DNA from: Candidatus Cloacimonadales bacterium
Lineage (GTDB): Bacteria > Cloacimonadota > Cloacimonadia > Cloacimonadales > JAIOQZ01
Reading direction: 5' to 3'
NCBI GenBank assembly: GCA_963674825.1
Contig: OY771587.1
Coordinates: 1,952,001-2,016,000, forward strand
DNA: 64,000 nucleotides
Part shown: positions 9,604 through 19,865 of the stretch, piece after piece
Numbering within the stretch: position 1 is the stretch's first letter
How the letters are laid out: each line of letters starts with the position of its first letter
Program-made: the position numbers and the translations under genes
Notes under the pieces: generated by a model
Databases searched by the model: none
What the model was told of the DNA's origin: nothing
What the model saw: the letters and a program-made list of their open reading frames with translations, nothing else

Positions 9604-9734
9604 CCACACGGCCAATGAAGACAACCACATCCCCATCAGCCACTTGATTGGAATCGGATAACCACTTCCTCTTCCTCTCGTTTTCCACCGTCGTGGAACC
9701 CATCATTTTTCACGTTATGTTTGCTGACTAATTT

Positions 9735-9751
9735 TGCATGAGCTATGCCAA
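9735..9751 (-). promoter_or_regulatory. Sigma54 (-24/-12) promoter of the flagellar operon
   Basis: Minus strand TTGGCATAGCTCATGCA has exact GG-N10-GC spacing, ~310 bp upstream of flgI. Confidence 0.7.
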
Positions 9752-10059
9752 TTGATATGCTTGTATTGTAAAACTATATAGAGTGGTGAGATACGAGAAA
9801 TGTAGGTAGGATATTCCCCTGGAAAATGAAGGTCGTTTCATTCCATGTGGGAAAGAATTTCCCGATAGGTTTTTTCCTCAGAAGGTGTTCATCGTCCGAA
9901 TATACCAATCGTTTAGGCATTCGGATGTCGATATAATGACGCAACATCATTATCCCCATGTTTTTCTTGACTTCATAAACCCGTGATCTTTTCTGAAATC
10001 TGGCGTAACAAATCCGGTCGGATCTTGTTGCATTAAAAGAAAGAACCCGGGCAGGTTGA

Positions 10060-11094
10060 ATGTTAGAGCGAATCATTACACCAGAACAGATGGACACGGA
10101 GCGTGAATTTGACCGCACGCTGCGACCCAAAACACTCTCTGATTTTGTTGGGCAGGATCAGGTTAAGGAGATCCTCGATATTTCCATCAAAGCTGCCCGG
10201 AAACGCAACGAGCCGCTCGATCACGTGCTGCTCTATGGCCCTCCCGGATTAGGAAAGACAACCCTTGCCCATATTATCTCGAACGAACTCGACACCGAGA
10301 TCAAAGTCAGCTCCGGCCCCGTGCTGGAACGTCCTGCCGATCTGGCCGGCGTGCTGACCAACCTCGATCGCCGCAACGTGCTATTCATCGACGAAATCCA
10401 TCGACTCAACCACGTGATCGAGGAATATATGTATCCTGCCATCGAGGACTTCGAGATCGAGATTATCGTCGATAGCGGTCCCAGTGCGCGCACATTCAAA
10501 ATTGATATCGACCCCTTTACACTTATCGGAGCCACTACACGAGCCGGACTGCTCACAGCGCCTATGCGCGCACGTTTCGGAATTATTTTACGGCTGGACT
10601 ACTACGATGAGGAGAGCATTCGCCGGATCATCGAACGTTCTGCCAACCTGATGGGCGTGGAAATCGATCCCGAAGGCCGTGACGAGATGGCGCGACGCTC
10701 ACGCGGTACGCCACGCGTCGCCAATCGCCTGCTCCGAAGAGTGCGCGATTACGCCGAGATCAAAGGCGACGGCGTCATTACGCGTGAGATCGCGATGAAA
10801 GCGCTCAAGATGCTCAATGTGGATAACATGGGCCTGGACGAGATGGATAAACGCATCCTCATGATGATCATGGAAAATTACCGCGGTGGTCCTGTCGGGC
10901 TCAAGACGCTTGCCGTTGCCGTGGGTGAAGATCCCGGCACTATCGAGGAGATATTCGAACCGTATCTGATCCAGCAGGGATTTCTCGAGAGAACCATGCA
11001 GGGTCGCAAGGTGACGATGAAGGCTTACCGGCACTTTGGGCTCAAGCCGATACAATCGCAGCAGACAATTTTTGAAGAAATGGGTGATGAATGA
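10060..11094 (+). CDS. ruvB: Holliday junction branch migration helicase RuvB
   Basis: LRPKTLSDFVGQ, GPPGLGKTT, FIDEIHR, SRGTPRVANRLL. Confidence 0.98.
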   Translation: MLERIITPEQMDTEREFDRTLRPKTLSDFVGQDQVKEILDISIKAARKRNEPLDHVLLYGPPGLGKTTLAHIISNELDTEIKVSSGPVLERPADLAGVLTNLDRRNVLFIDEIHRLNHVIEEYMYPAIEDFEIEIIVDSGPSARTFKIDIDPFTLIGATTRAGLLTAPMRARFGIILRLDYYDEESIRRIIERSANLMGVEIDPEGRDEMARRSRGTPRVANRLLRRVRDYAEIKGDGVITREIAMKALKMLNVDNMGLDEMDKRILMMIMENYRGGPVGLKTLAVAVGEDPGTIEEIFEPYLIQQGFLERTMQGRKVTMKAYRHFGLKPIQSQQTIFEEMGDE

Positions 11095-12176
11095 GACAAC
11101 TTCTCGCAACCTCAATTCTACTGATCGCGATTCTGTCGCTGATTTCATGTAAAGACAGCTCTTCACCGACTTCCAATACAGCCTGGATTAATACACCCAA
11201 CGAAGGTTACGTTTGGTATCGATATTGGACGCTCAGCCTGCAATATACAGGTGATACACCCGAAAGTGTCGTGTTTTACGTAGATAATGGAACTTACAGT
11301 ACCGATACAGAAGCACCGTTTACCTTTGAGTGGGACCTTGAAGATTTCGAGTATGGTCCGCACAGGATCGAAGCGAAAGTGTATTTTCCCGATGATGAAA
11401 TCTACGATACAGACGATATCTCGATTCGTTACATGCCGATGCCGTTCAAGCCGGAACTGCTGGAAAATTACGACGGCTACACGAAGCGGGATGAGCATGG
11501 TAACCTGATCGGCGAGGTTGATTCGCGTGACTGGCAACTTTGGGACCTCAATACAGAGTTAACGAGAGAAGCCACGATCGGTGGTGTGGAGTTAAGGGCT
11601 GAAGGTCGAAAAGTCTACATTGATTGGAATACCGTTTTCGAGGATAACCATACCGGATTCTATCTGTATCGGGCAACTGATCCCGATGCAATGAATGAGG
11701 ATCATGCTATCCAGATAAACCAGTACGCGATTACCGGAACTCCCGGAGATGACGGAATTGTTTACTACAGTTGGATCGATTCTCTGAATATCGAGTATAT
11801 GACCTACTACTACTGGTTGGACGCGGTCGATCAACAGGGCGTTTCGGAGGTGTCCGGTCCGTGGGCGTGCACTGTAAGTGAAGATATTGAATGGATTACA
11901 TCCATCAGCTCTCCATATCCCAACCCAACTACTGACGAGTCATCCTGCTATTTCACACTGAGCGAAGAAAGCGAAATGACCGTGATGATTGTCGATCGTG
12001 ACGGAGATATACTTGATATAATAATGAATGCAGAAACACTGCCTGCCGGTGCTAATAGTTTCACGTGGAACTGCTCCGATTTCAGCTACGGTCTTTACCG
12101 TTGTGCATATTACATCAAAAATGAATCAAACGAATCCATCGGTTATGGCGATATTGTTCATGGCATTAGCAATTGA
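11091..12176 (+). CDS. Lipoprotein with Ig-like domains and a C-terminal CTD/FlgD-like domain
   Basis: Lipobox LISC, Big-like segment (VVFYVDNG...APFTFEWD), C-terminal PYPNP. Confidence 0.7.
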   Translation: MRQLLATSILLIAILSLISCKDSSSPTSNTAWINTPNEGYVWYRYWTLSLQYTGDTPESVVFYVDNGTYSTDTEAPFTFEWDLEDFEYGPHRIEAKVYFPDDEIYDTDDISIRYMPMPFKPELLENYDGYTKRDEHGNLIGEVDSRDWQLWDLNTELTREATIGGVELRAEGRKVYIDWNTVFEDNHTGFYLYRATDPDAMNEDHAIQINQYAITGTPGDDGIVYYSWIDSLNIEYMTYYYWLDAVDQQGVSEVSGPWACTVSEDIEWITSISSPYPNPTTDESSCYFTLSEESEMTVMIVDRDGDILDIIMNAETLPAGANSFTWNCSDFSYGLYRCAYYIKNESNESIGYGDIVHGISN

Positions 12177-12232
12177 AATTGAGATGAAACTTTCCTTGAC
12201 TGTCCGTTTCGACGGAAGAAATTCGACGCAAT

Positions 12233-13021
12233 ATGAAGAAACCTGTTTTTGCGGTTGATATAGGAAATACGCACATTGCCTGTGGGATATACCACGAAGA
12301 TGCCTTGAAGCATTCATGGCGGATCGGTACCGACGCGTCCAAAACCGAGGATGAATACTTCTCCGTGCTGGACCGATTATTTGATCATGCCGGAATCGGT
12401 ATGGATCAGATAGGCTATGTAGCGCTTTCATGCGTTGTTCCGCCTCTGACCAGGGTGTTCGATCACATCACCGCGAAATACTTCAACGCGCAATTCCTCA
12501 ACGTCAATAGCGCTACCAATACTGGGCTTACATACCCGATGGAGGATCCATCTTATATCGGCGCTGATCTTATCGTAAACGCCTATGCCGCATGGAAGAA
12601 ATACCAGGATCATTGCATTGTATGCGATTTCGGAACCGCTACCACGATTCAGCTCGTGGGTAACGATGGTTTTTTCCACGGCGCGATTATCGCTCCCGGT
12701 GTCATGACATCCTCGACGAATCTCATCCAGAAGACGTCACAGCTTTCCGCTGTGCGGCTGGAAAAGCCGGTCAACGTTCTCGGAACCAGTACACGCGATG
12801 CGATGCTGTCTGGTATTGTGGGAGGAAGCGCGCACATGATCGACGGTTTCATCAACGAAATTCGCGCAACCTACGCGCATCTCGGTCAGATCAAAGCGAT
12901 CGCCACCGGCGGTATTGCCGGATTGATCGGCGAGAACGCAAAAACACTCGACACCATAGACAAAACGCTGACCCTGGACGGCCTCAACATGATTTGCAGG
13001 AAAATATTCGCGGATGAATAA
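12233..13021 (+). CDS. coaX: Type III pantothenate kinase
   Basis: VDIGNT, IGADL, CDFGTATT, ATGG motifs. Confidence 0.95.
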   Translation: MKKPVFAVDIGNTHIACGIYHEDALKHSWRIGTDASKTEDEYFSVLDRLFDHAGIGMDQIGYVALSCVVPPLTRVFDHITAKYFNAQFLNVNSATNTGLTYPMEDPSYIGADLIVNAYAAWKKYQDHCIVCDFGTATTIQLVGNDGFFHGAIIAPGVMTSSTNLIQKTSQLSAVRLEKPVNVLGTSTRDAMLSGIVGGSAHMIDGFINEIRATYAHLGQIKAIATGGIAGLIGENAKTLDTIDKTLTLDGLNMICRKIFADE

Positions 13022-16000
13022 GAAATTCCTGCTCATCCTGCTGCTCACAGCGCTGTTGATGCCGTTAATGGCTGAAGCTTCTTATAAGCTGCCTTACACG
13101 CTGAACGGCTACTACCCGTTGGTTGACAACAAAATCGACATCCTCAAATACCCACACGGCGTTGGCCTGGGATTGATAAATGCCCGGATCAAACCTGACT
13201 TCGAATTCACCACGCGAGAGGTGGTCGATATCGAGGATTCACTCGTTGTGATGGTTGCGGAATATCATGGAATCGAGTATCCGTTGCAGATAATTGTCAC
13301 GTTCGATCAATATATCAACAACCAGATGGTGGCATCATTCCACAAGATGTTGCGTGAACAGGCTATGCAGCAAATTCAGGATGGTGAGAAGGAAACCGGT
13401 GAAGGTATCTTCGGTAAGGAACTTTCTATCGACCTTCCCAAAATGGCGCTTCCAAAGGTTGTTAAAGATTTCATGGGCGATAAGGCTGCCCGGCTGAATA
13501 TTGACGGTAGCGAGAAACTGACATTCCGCGTGGGAAGTACCAAGAATGACAACGCCCAGTACAGTGAAAGCGGATCGTCGGAAGACCTCGACCTCGACCT
13601 CAAGCAGGAGCTTCGGCTTCGGCTTCGCGGTACGATTGGTGAGAAAATCCATGTGAATATCACCCATACTTCCGTTTCCGACGAAGAGATCGGTAATCCG
13701 AATACGATCGAGATCAAATATGTCGGTAACGAGGACGAAATCGTTCAAACGATCGAGGGTGGAAATATTTCCCTAGCGCTATCGGGCTCGAAGATCAATT
13801 ATTCGGCATCATCGGAAAGTCTTTTCGGTATCAAAGCAACCATGAAAGCAGGACCGCTCGATTTGACCTATATCCTGGGTAAGGAAGAGGGCGAAAAGAA
13901 TACGGAGTCATACACCGGGCAATCGCAGGAAGACTCACTTACCTTCTACAGCCAGAACTATGCGCATCGCTCTTACTTCTACATCGATGACCCGAAAGCT
14001 CTCTATGCGATCTACGGTATCGATACCGACTTACCTGATAATCTTCCCGAGACGTGGTCTGGCAACGCGATCGTGACCGGCTCTGGTGGCGAGTGGATGA
14101 TCAAGTCGCCGCAGTTGCTTCCCGATGAAAACTCGGTTCGCGTTTTCGTGGACGACCATAACTATAACAACGATACGGTGGATTCTTTCCCGGGTATTTC
14201 GTGGAACGAACCGGAAAACACGACCGAATACAGATTCGAAGAGCTCTTCGAGGGTACGGACTTCACGTTCGACTACGGAACGGGTATTCTGTCGATCGAA
14301 AAATCTATTACCGACCTTTACACAGTAGGTGTTACTTACACGCTCAACAATGAGCAGATTGGCGATCCATCGACGACCAACCTGCAAGTCAAGCTGTTGA
14401 AGAAGAAGAATCAGACAGAATTGGACAACACTTGGAAATACGAGATGCGCAACATCTACGATCTGAACATGCAAAATGTGAAGAGCGAAGGTTTCAAGGT
14501 GAACGTCTATACGGTGGTTGACGGCGGTTCGGAACTGGTGTATGCAGTGCCGGACGACATCGATATGGGTACCGTGGGCTCAACTTACAACGACTACCTG
14601 CGTCTCGATAGCAACGGTGACGATCTTATCAACGGTGACGACAACACCATCAACCTCAGCAGCGGTATCGTAATTTTCCCATTCCTGGAGCCATTCTACG
14701 CTTTGGGCGACTCTATCATCTACACCGATGAATCCACAATTACCAGCACCGATACGCAGATGCGTATGTATGTTGTCGGTAAGGTTGGTCGTGACCAGAT
14801 TTCGCTCAATCAGCTCAACATCGTCAAGGGTAGCGTCTCGGTGAAGGTTAACGGAAAGACCCTTGAAGAGAATGTCGATTATACGGTTGATTACGATTTC
14901 GGAACCGTGACCTTCCTCTCGTCTGAAGCAAAGGATCCTACCGCCGAAATTGAGATCGATTACGAATACAGGCCTATCTTCGCTATCTCATCGCGCATCA
15001 TGACCGGTGTCCGTGCTGACTTGAAGCTTGGCGACAACGCCCGTCTCGGCGGTACGTTCATCTACCACTCGGAAGAAGTGGAAGAAAAGCGTCCCAAAAT
15101 CGGCAGCGAAAACAAGATCCAGATGATGGCCGGTCTCGATGGAGAAATCAGCATCGACATGCCGCTCCTTACCCGGATCGTCGATTGGATTCCACTGGTT
15201 AAAACTGACGCCGAATCGGAAGTGAGCCTCTCCAGCGAAGTTGCGATCAACATCCCGCAGATATACGGCGATCCCGATAAAAAAGGTGATCCCGAAGCAT
15301 ATCTGGAAGACATGGAATCGATCCTCAGCACGTTCCCGCTGGGAACCACACGTGCAACCTGGGTGCCCGGTAGCAAGCCACTGAATTATAACTATGGCAA
15401 AGCCGATATCAACTGGTATAATCCGACCGATATCTACATGAATGATGTTTATGACGACGATCTGCTGACCGAAGACGAGAAAAATGAAAAGGTCTCGCTG
15501 ATGCAGGTTCGTGTGCTTACACCGGAAATCCATATGCCGGGAATCAACCGGAAATATTGGGCCGGACTTCAGAAATATATCGGTAACCAACTTGATTTCT
15601 CTGAAAAGAAGTACATCGAGATCATGGTCAAGGCAGACAGCGTTGATTCGCCGATCAACATCCACATCGACCTGGGTGATGTCAGTGAAGACTTCTATAC
15701 CGATTTTGGCGGCCTGGGTGTGCTCAATACCGAAGATGGTAAAAACGGCGGTGACTTCGACGGCGCTTACGACTACAAAGAAGACATCGGTCTGGACGGA
15801 TATCCGAACGGTAATCCGCTCGATGATCCGAACGACAACTTCAGCAACGACAAAGTAAACAACATCTACCCATATATCAACGGTACCGAGGACAACAAGA
15901 GTCTGGATACGGAAGATCTCGACGAAAACGGTAGTCTCGATACCACGAACAGGTATCTGGAGTACACGGTCTCGCTCAATTCCGATCAATTCCTGGAGAG

Positions 16001-19000
16001 TGAGAACGATAAAGGATATCGCATCTACCGCATTCCACTGAAGGACAAGGCAGCATTTCAATCTGTCACCGATTCTGCCACGCAGCCCGATCTGGAACGT
16101 GTCAGCTATGTCAGGGTGTGGTTCGAGACGGAAGAGGATGCGATCATCAACATCGTGTCTATGGATATCGTCGGAAATAAATGGGAAGAATCGACGATCC
16201 GCTATTCCGGTACCGATGAGATTGTCCCGGCTTCTTACCTTGAAAGCCATAGCGTGTCCGTTCAGGCTGGTATCATCGATAACCAGAAGGATAACACATA
16301 CACTTCACCGCCTGAGACCACAGAAGAGAAAGACGGCGTCGAGGTGTTTGAGCAGGCTTTGACCATCGATTACGAAAACATCCATAGCGGTTTGTATTCT
16401 CTGGTTCATCAGAATTTTACGAATACCTACAACCTTCTGAACTACGGCAAGCTGCGCTTCTGGGTCTACCCTGAGGCGGGAGATTTCGGCACGGTGAAAG
16501 ATTCGATCGAGATTGTTCTTCAGATCGGTGGTGATTCGCTCAACTATTATGAAGTGGCGATCAAAGTTCTGCCCAATGAGAAGCGAGACAAGATGCAGCG
16601 CTCACTTTGGACGGATTACGAGATTGATTTTAATGACCTTACAAAGCTGAAGCTCATAGACCCGGACACTTATTCTATCGTGTCCGATACGGTAGGAATA
16701 TACACATACAAGAAGTACAAGAATCCGACGCTATCTTCGATCGATTACATGTCGCTGGGTATTCGCGTACCGGGAGGCAGCGAGAAATTCACGGGTCGTG
16801 TGTTCTTCGACGATATTCGCGTAGCGGAACCATTCGACGATATAGGTTACTCGGCGAGTTCATCGCTGAGCATCAAGTTCGCGGACTTCTCGAACCTCAA
16901 TGTGAACGTAAGCTGGGAGACTCCAAACTACTACTTGATCAAGAATAGAACGGGTAGCTCCGGAACCACGAACACGGCGTTCAACGAGTCGATCAGCCTG
17001 GATGTGACCAATAACTACAACCTGCATAAGTTCTTCCCGGCCGAGTGGGGACTCAGCATCCCGCTTTCGCTGAAACAGACGCAATCCGAGTCGAAATCGA
17101 AATATATCTATAACTCGGATGTCGAGGTGAGTACGATCACCGATAAGGCCGAAAAAGACAGGCAGATTACCAAGACGCTGAAACGATCGGCTACGATTTC
17201 TTTCAGCCAGAATAAAACACCCGATAGCTGGATCCTGGCGTATACAATCAAGAATATCTCGTTTAATGGCGATATGTCGAAAAATATCAGCCGTACGCCT
17301 TCGCAACGCGATACGACGTTCTCTTACAACCAGAAATACGCTTATAATCTGGATATCCCGCGTGAAAAACTGGGCATCGAGCTGTTCAAGAATTATTCGG
17401 TCTATTTTCTGCCGCGATCCTATAAGAACAGCCTCAACTACCGCATCTCGTTCCCGCGCAGATGGCGCTGGCTACGCGATTCTGACGGTTCATACGGGTG
17501 GGAACGTGACACACAGGTTCAGACGACTAAGACCGTTGATACCAGCAACATCATCAGCTACGATATCACCTCCGATCTGGGCCTGACCTACTCGCTGACC
17601 ACCACACGAAACATGCTTTGGCGTGAAGAATGGCAGGGTGTCAATATCGGCCGTGCAAAGGATAAAACCCAGAGCTGGGATCTCTCTTACAATCCGAATT
17701 ATATCGATAATATCCTGACGTTCAGCAGTGACATGAACATCGATTATAACGAAAGCCAGAAGGAATACAACAACACTACTGATCCCGATCTGCCGGAGCA
17801 TTACTTCAAGTATCAGGGTAGCGTGAAGCGTAAAATCAGCTTCGATGTCACCTTGCGTAACAGCGATTTACTCACTGGCCTTGCGGACTGGCTTGGTGCA
17901 CCTCCGGATGAACTCGAGGAAATGCCTGACGAGTTCAAGGATATCGAAGATCTCAAGGGCGATGAAAAGGACTTCGACAAAGATGGTGAATTGGATATGG
18001 AACATCTCGACAATCTCGGCAATGGTGACGGAGATGAAAACATCCCGCCGGACGACCTCAAGCCGGGTGAAGATCAAGGCAGAGCCGGCTCAACCCGTCA
18101 CAAACCGCAGGAAGAACACAAGTCGCTGAACGATTTCGGTATTCCCGATTCCACGATGACCGATTCAACGATCGCCAAGCCAGACGAGCCTCTGACGACC
18201 GGTAAAGTGCTGGCAATTCTGGTTCGCTATCTGGCGCGTTTCGAGAATATCACCGTAGATTACACCAATAGCTACGGAACGATCTTTGACGAACGCGATA
18301 ATCCGCCGAACTTCAACTACCAGCTAAGTTTACCTCATGTACTTCCCGAAAACTACGAAGACGGGGAAATTACCGAAAAGACTCTCGACGATGCTTATAC
18401 CGTCTCTACCGGATTCCAGATATTGAACAACCTGAATACGCGATGGAGTTACGGAAAAAATATCAGCCGAACCTATTCGAGCTCTACCGGAAAGGTTGAG
18501 AAGACAATCTTCCCGAACGTGACAATCACGCTTACCGAGGTTGAGAAGATTGTAGGACTTACCGATTACCTCTCGAATTCGCGTATAACCAGTACATACA
18601 CACAGTCCCAACAGGACACTTGGGCCTCAGGGCGACATACGAAGGTCGTGAAAACCATCGCGATGAGTCCGCTTGCCGAATGGGCTGGTAAATGGAGCTT
18701 CGATCTCAATTCCCGCGTCGGGTACAACATGGATACGTCTGAAGATGTTACCCTGTACGAAGATAACAACAGGGTTGTAGAACGGAACAGCTCAAGGCTA
18801 TACGCTACGCTTTCACACACTCTGAAAGCGGCCAAGGGGATCAAGATCCCGTTCGTGAAAGAGCGGCTGCGTCTCAAGAACGAATTTACCACCGACCTTA
18901 CATTCTCCTGGGAAAAGAGCAAGACTACGCGTAAGAGCGGTGAGGAAACGAACCAGACAGACGCAGATAACGAGAAGTACGATATCACACTTGGCGGTAC

Positions 19001-19124
19001 GTACAATTTCCATCGCAACGTAAACGGCGGCTCGACGCTAGATTACTCCTGGCAGCACGACAAAAAGAACAACAACAAGATCCGCACCTTTGGAATCAGC
19101 CTCTGGGTCGAGATCCTGTTCTAA
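13014..19124 (+). CDS. sprA: T9SS translocon SprA/Sov-like outer membrane protein
   Basis: 2036 aa with signal peptide; GTIGEKI, Y.GNEDEIVQTIEGGNISL, GSVSVKVNG.TL.ENVDYTVDY; C-terminal Phe. Confidence 0.85.
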   Translation: MNKKFLLILLLTALLMPLMAEASYKLPYTLNGYYPLVDNKIDILKYPHGVGLGLINARIKPDFEFTTREVVDIEDSLVVMVAEYHGIEYPLQIIVTFDQYINNQMVASFHKMLREQAMQQIQDGEKETGEGIFGKELSIDLPKMALPKVVKDFMGDKAARLNIDGSEKLTFRVGSTKNDNAQYSESGSSEDLDLDLKQELRLRLRGTIGEKIHVNITHTSVSDEEIGNPNTIEIKYVGNEDEIVQTIEGGNISLALSGSKINYSASSESLFGIKATMKAGPLDLTYILGKEEGEKNTESYTGQSQEDSLTFYSQNYAHRSYFYIDDPKALYAIYGIDTDLPDNLPETWSGNAIVTGSGGEWMIKSPQLLPDENSVRVFVDDHNYNNDTVDSFPGISWNEPENTTEYRFEELFEGTDFTFDYGTGILSIEKSITDLYTVGVTYTLNNEQIGDPSTTNLQVKLLKKKNQTELDNTWKYEMRNIYDLNMQNVKSEGFKVNVYTVVDGGSELVYAVPDDIDMGTVGSTYNDYLRLDSNGDDLINGDDNTINLSSGIVIFPFLEPFYALGDSIIYTDESTITSTDTQMRMYVVGKVGRDQISLNQLNIVKGSVSVKVNGKTLEENVDYTVDYDFGTVTFLSSEAKDPTAEIEIDYEYRPIFAISSRIMTGVRADLKLGDNARLGGTFIYHSEEVEEKRPKIGSENKIQMMAGLDGEISIDMPLLTRIVDWIPLVKTDAESEVSLSSEVAINIPQIYGDPDKKGDPEAYLEDMESILSTFPLGTTRATWVPGSKPLNYNYGKADINWYNPTDIYMNDVYDDDLLTEDEKNEKVSLMQVRVLTPEIHMPGINRKYWAGLQKYIGNQLDFSEKKYIEIMVKADSVDSPINIHIDLGDVSEDFYTDFGGLGVLNTEDGKNGGDFDGAYDYKEDIGLDGYPNGNPLDDPNDNFSNDKVNNIYPYINGTEDNKSLDTEDLDENGSLDTTNRYLEYTVSLNSDQFLESENDKGYRIYRIPLKDKAAFQSVTDSATQPDLERVSYVRVWFETEEDAIINIVSMDIVGNKWEESTIRYSGTDEIVPASYLESHSVSVQAGIIDNQKDNTYTSPPETTEEKDGVEVFEQALTIDYENIHSGLYSLVHQNFTNTYNLLNYGKLRFWVYPEAGDFGTVKDSIEIVLQIGGDSLNYYEVAIKVLPNEKRDKMQRSLWTDYEIDFNDLTKLKLIDPDTYSIVSDTVGIYTYKKYKNPTLSSIDYMSLGIRVPGGSEKFTGRVFFDDIRVAEPFDDIGYSASSSLSIKFADFSNLNVNVSWETPNYYLIKNRTGSSGTTNTAFNESISLDVTNNYNLHKFFPAEWGLSIPLSLKQTQSESKSKYIYNSDVEVSTITDKAEKDRQITKTLKRSATISFSQNKTPDSWILAYTIKNISFNGDMSKNISRTPSQRDTTFSYNQKYAYNLDIPREKLGIELFKNYSVYFLPRSYKNSLNYRISFPRRWRWLRDSDGSYGWERDTQVQTTKTVDTSNIISYDITSDLGLTYSLTTTRNMLWREEWQGVNIGRAKDKTQSWDLSYNPNYIDNILTFSSDMNIDYNESQKEYNNTTDPDLPEHYFKYQGSVKRKISFDVTLRNSDLLTGLADWLGAPPDELEEMPDEFKDIEDLKGDEKDFDKDGELDMEHLDNLGNGDGDENIPPDDLKPGEDQGRAGSTRHKPQEEHKSLNDFGIPDSTMTDSTIAKPDEPLTTGKVLAILVRYLARFENITVDYTNSYGTIFDERDNPPNFNYQLSLPHVLPENYEDGEITEKTLDDAYTVSTGFQILNNLNTRWSYGKNISRTYSSSTGKVEKTIFPNVTITLTEVEKIVGLTDYLSNSRITSTYTQSQQDTWASGRHTKVVKTIAMSPLAEWAGKWSFDLNSRVGYNMDTSEDVTLYEDNNRVVERNSSRLYATLSHTLKAAKGIKIPFVKERLRLKNEFTTDLTFSWEKSKTTRKSGEETNQTDADNEKYDITLGGTYNFHRNVNGGSTLDYSWQHDKKNNNKIRTFGISLWVEILF

Positions 19125-19130
19125 GGGATT

Positions 19131-19715
19131 ATGGAACTTTTTGAATCACACACACTTAATTTGATTATCCTTCCAGCACTGATTTTCTTTTCGCGGATCT
19201 GCGACGTTACGCTGGGAACATTGCGTATCATCTTCGTATCGAAAGGCCTGAAGGTCGTTGCGCCTATCATCGGATTTTTTGAAGTTCTGATCTGGCTGGT
19301 GGTTATCAGCCAGGTGATGCAGAACATCAGCCAGTGGTGGAATTACCTCGCTTATGCAGGTGGTTTTGCGACCGGTAACTTCGTTGGAATGTGGATCGAA
19401 AGCCGCATGGCAATGGGAATCTCTCTGGTTCGGATCATCACTCGAACGAATGCCGAAGGCCTTATCTCCACGCTTCGTTTCGCCGGATACCGCGTCACGA
19501 ATGTCAGTGCGATGAACAACGACGGCAAGGTGGAGGTGATTTTCCTGCCGATTCGCCGTAAAGAGATTGAAGCGGTCATCGATGTGGTGAAGGAATACAA
19601 TCCTAAAGCTCTCTATACCGTCGAGGAAGTGAAATCGCTCAGTGCGGGTGCATTGCCACACCGCAGAACGACCCATTTCCCATCGCTCTTCAGCGGGAAA
19701 CGCAAAGGTAAATAA
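19131..19715 (+). CDS. DUF2179/UPF0316 membrane protein
   Basis: RICDVTLGTLRII, YAGGFATGNFVG; TM helices followed by an ACT-like C-terminal domain. Confidence 0.85.
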   Translation: MELFESHTLNLIILPALIFFSRICDVTLGTLRIIFVSKGLKVVAPIIGFFEVLIWLVVISQVMQNISQWWNYLAYAGGFATGNFVGMWIESRMAMGISLVRIITRTNAEGLISTLRFAGYRVTNVSAMNNDGKVEVIFLPIRRKEIEAVIDVVKEYNPKALYTVEEVKSLSAGALPHRRTTHFPSLFSGKRKGK

Positions 19716-19716
19716 A

Positions 19717-19812
19717 TGGCCGAGAGGGCAGGAATCGAACCTGCCGCAGACAGTTTTTTCTGCCCGGTACCGGTTTTGAAGACCGGCTGAAACACCAGTT
19801 CCGTCCTCTCTG
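19717..19812 (-). tRNA. selC: tRNA-Sec (UCA)
   Basis: Minus strand: anticodon arm CCGGT-CTTCAAA-ACCGG, long D stem with 4-nt TGGT loop, long variable arm, GCAGG-TTCGATT-CCTGC T-arm, G discriminator plus CCA; adjacent to selB. Confidence 0.93.
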
Positions 19813-19865
19813 GTAGGCATGGAAACACCAACGATTTTCATTGTAAAGCAAATCTTCGAGTGATC

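Noticed and set aside
9591..9705. 38-codon minus-strand ORF in the flagellar leader
   Set aside because: No clear RBS or recognisable protein features; RNA structure explains the region better, though a peptide is not excluded.
9430..9720. c-di-GMP riboswitch upstream of flgI
   Set aside because: I could not find the class I GGCAAA / GNRA-tetraloop / receptor pattern or the class II kink-turn pattern.
14988..16250. Long antisense ORFs (also at 24706, 26293, 53602 and others)
   Set aside because: Shadow frames of strongly codon-biased genes on the opposite strand; no motifs.
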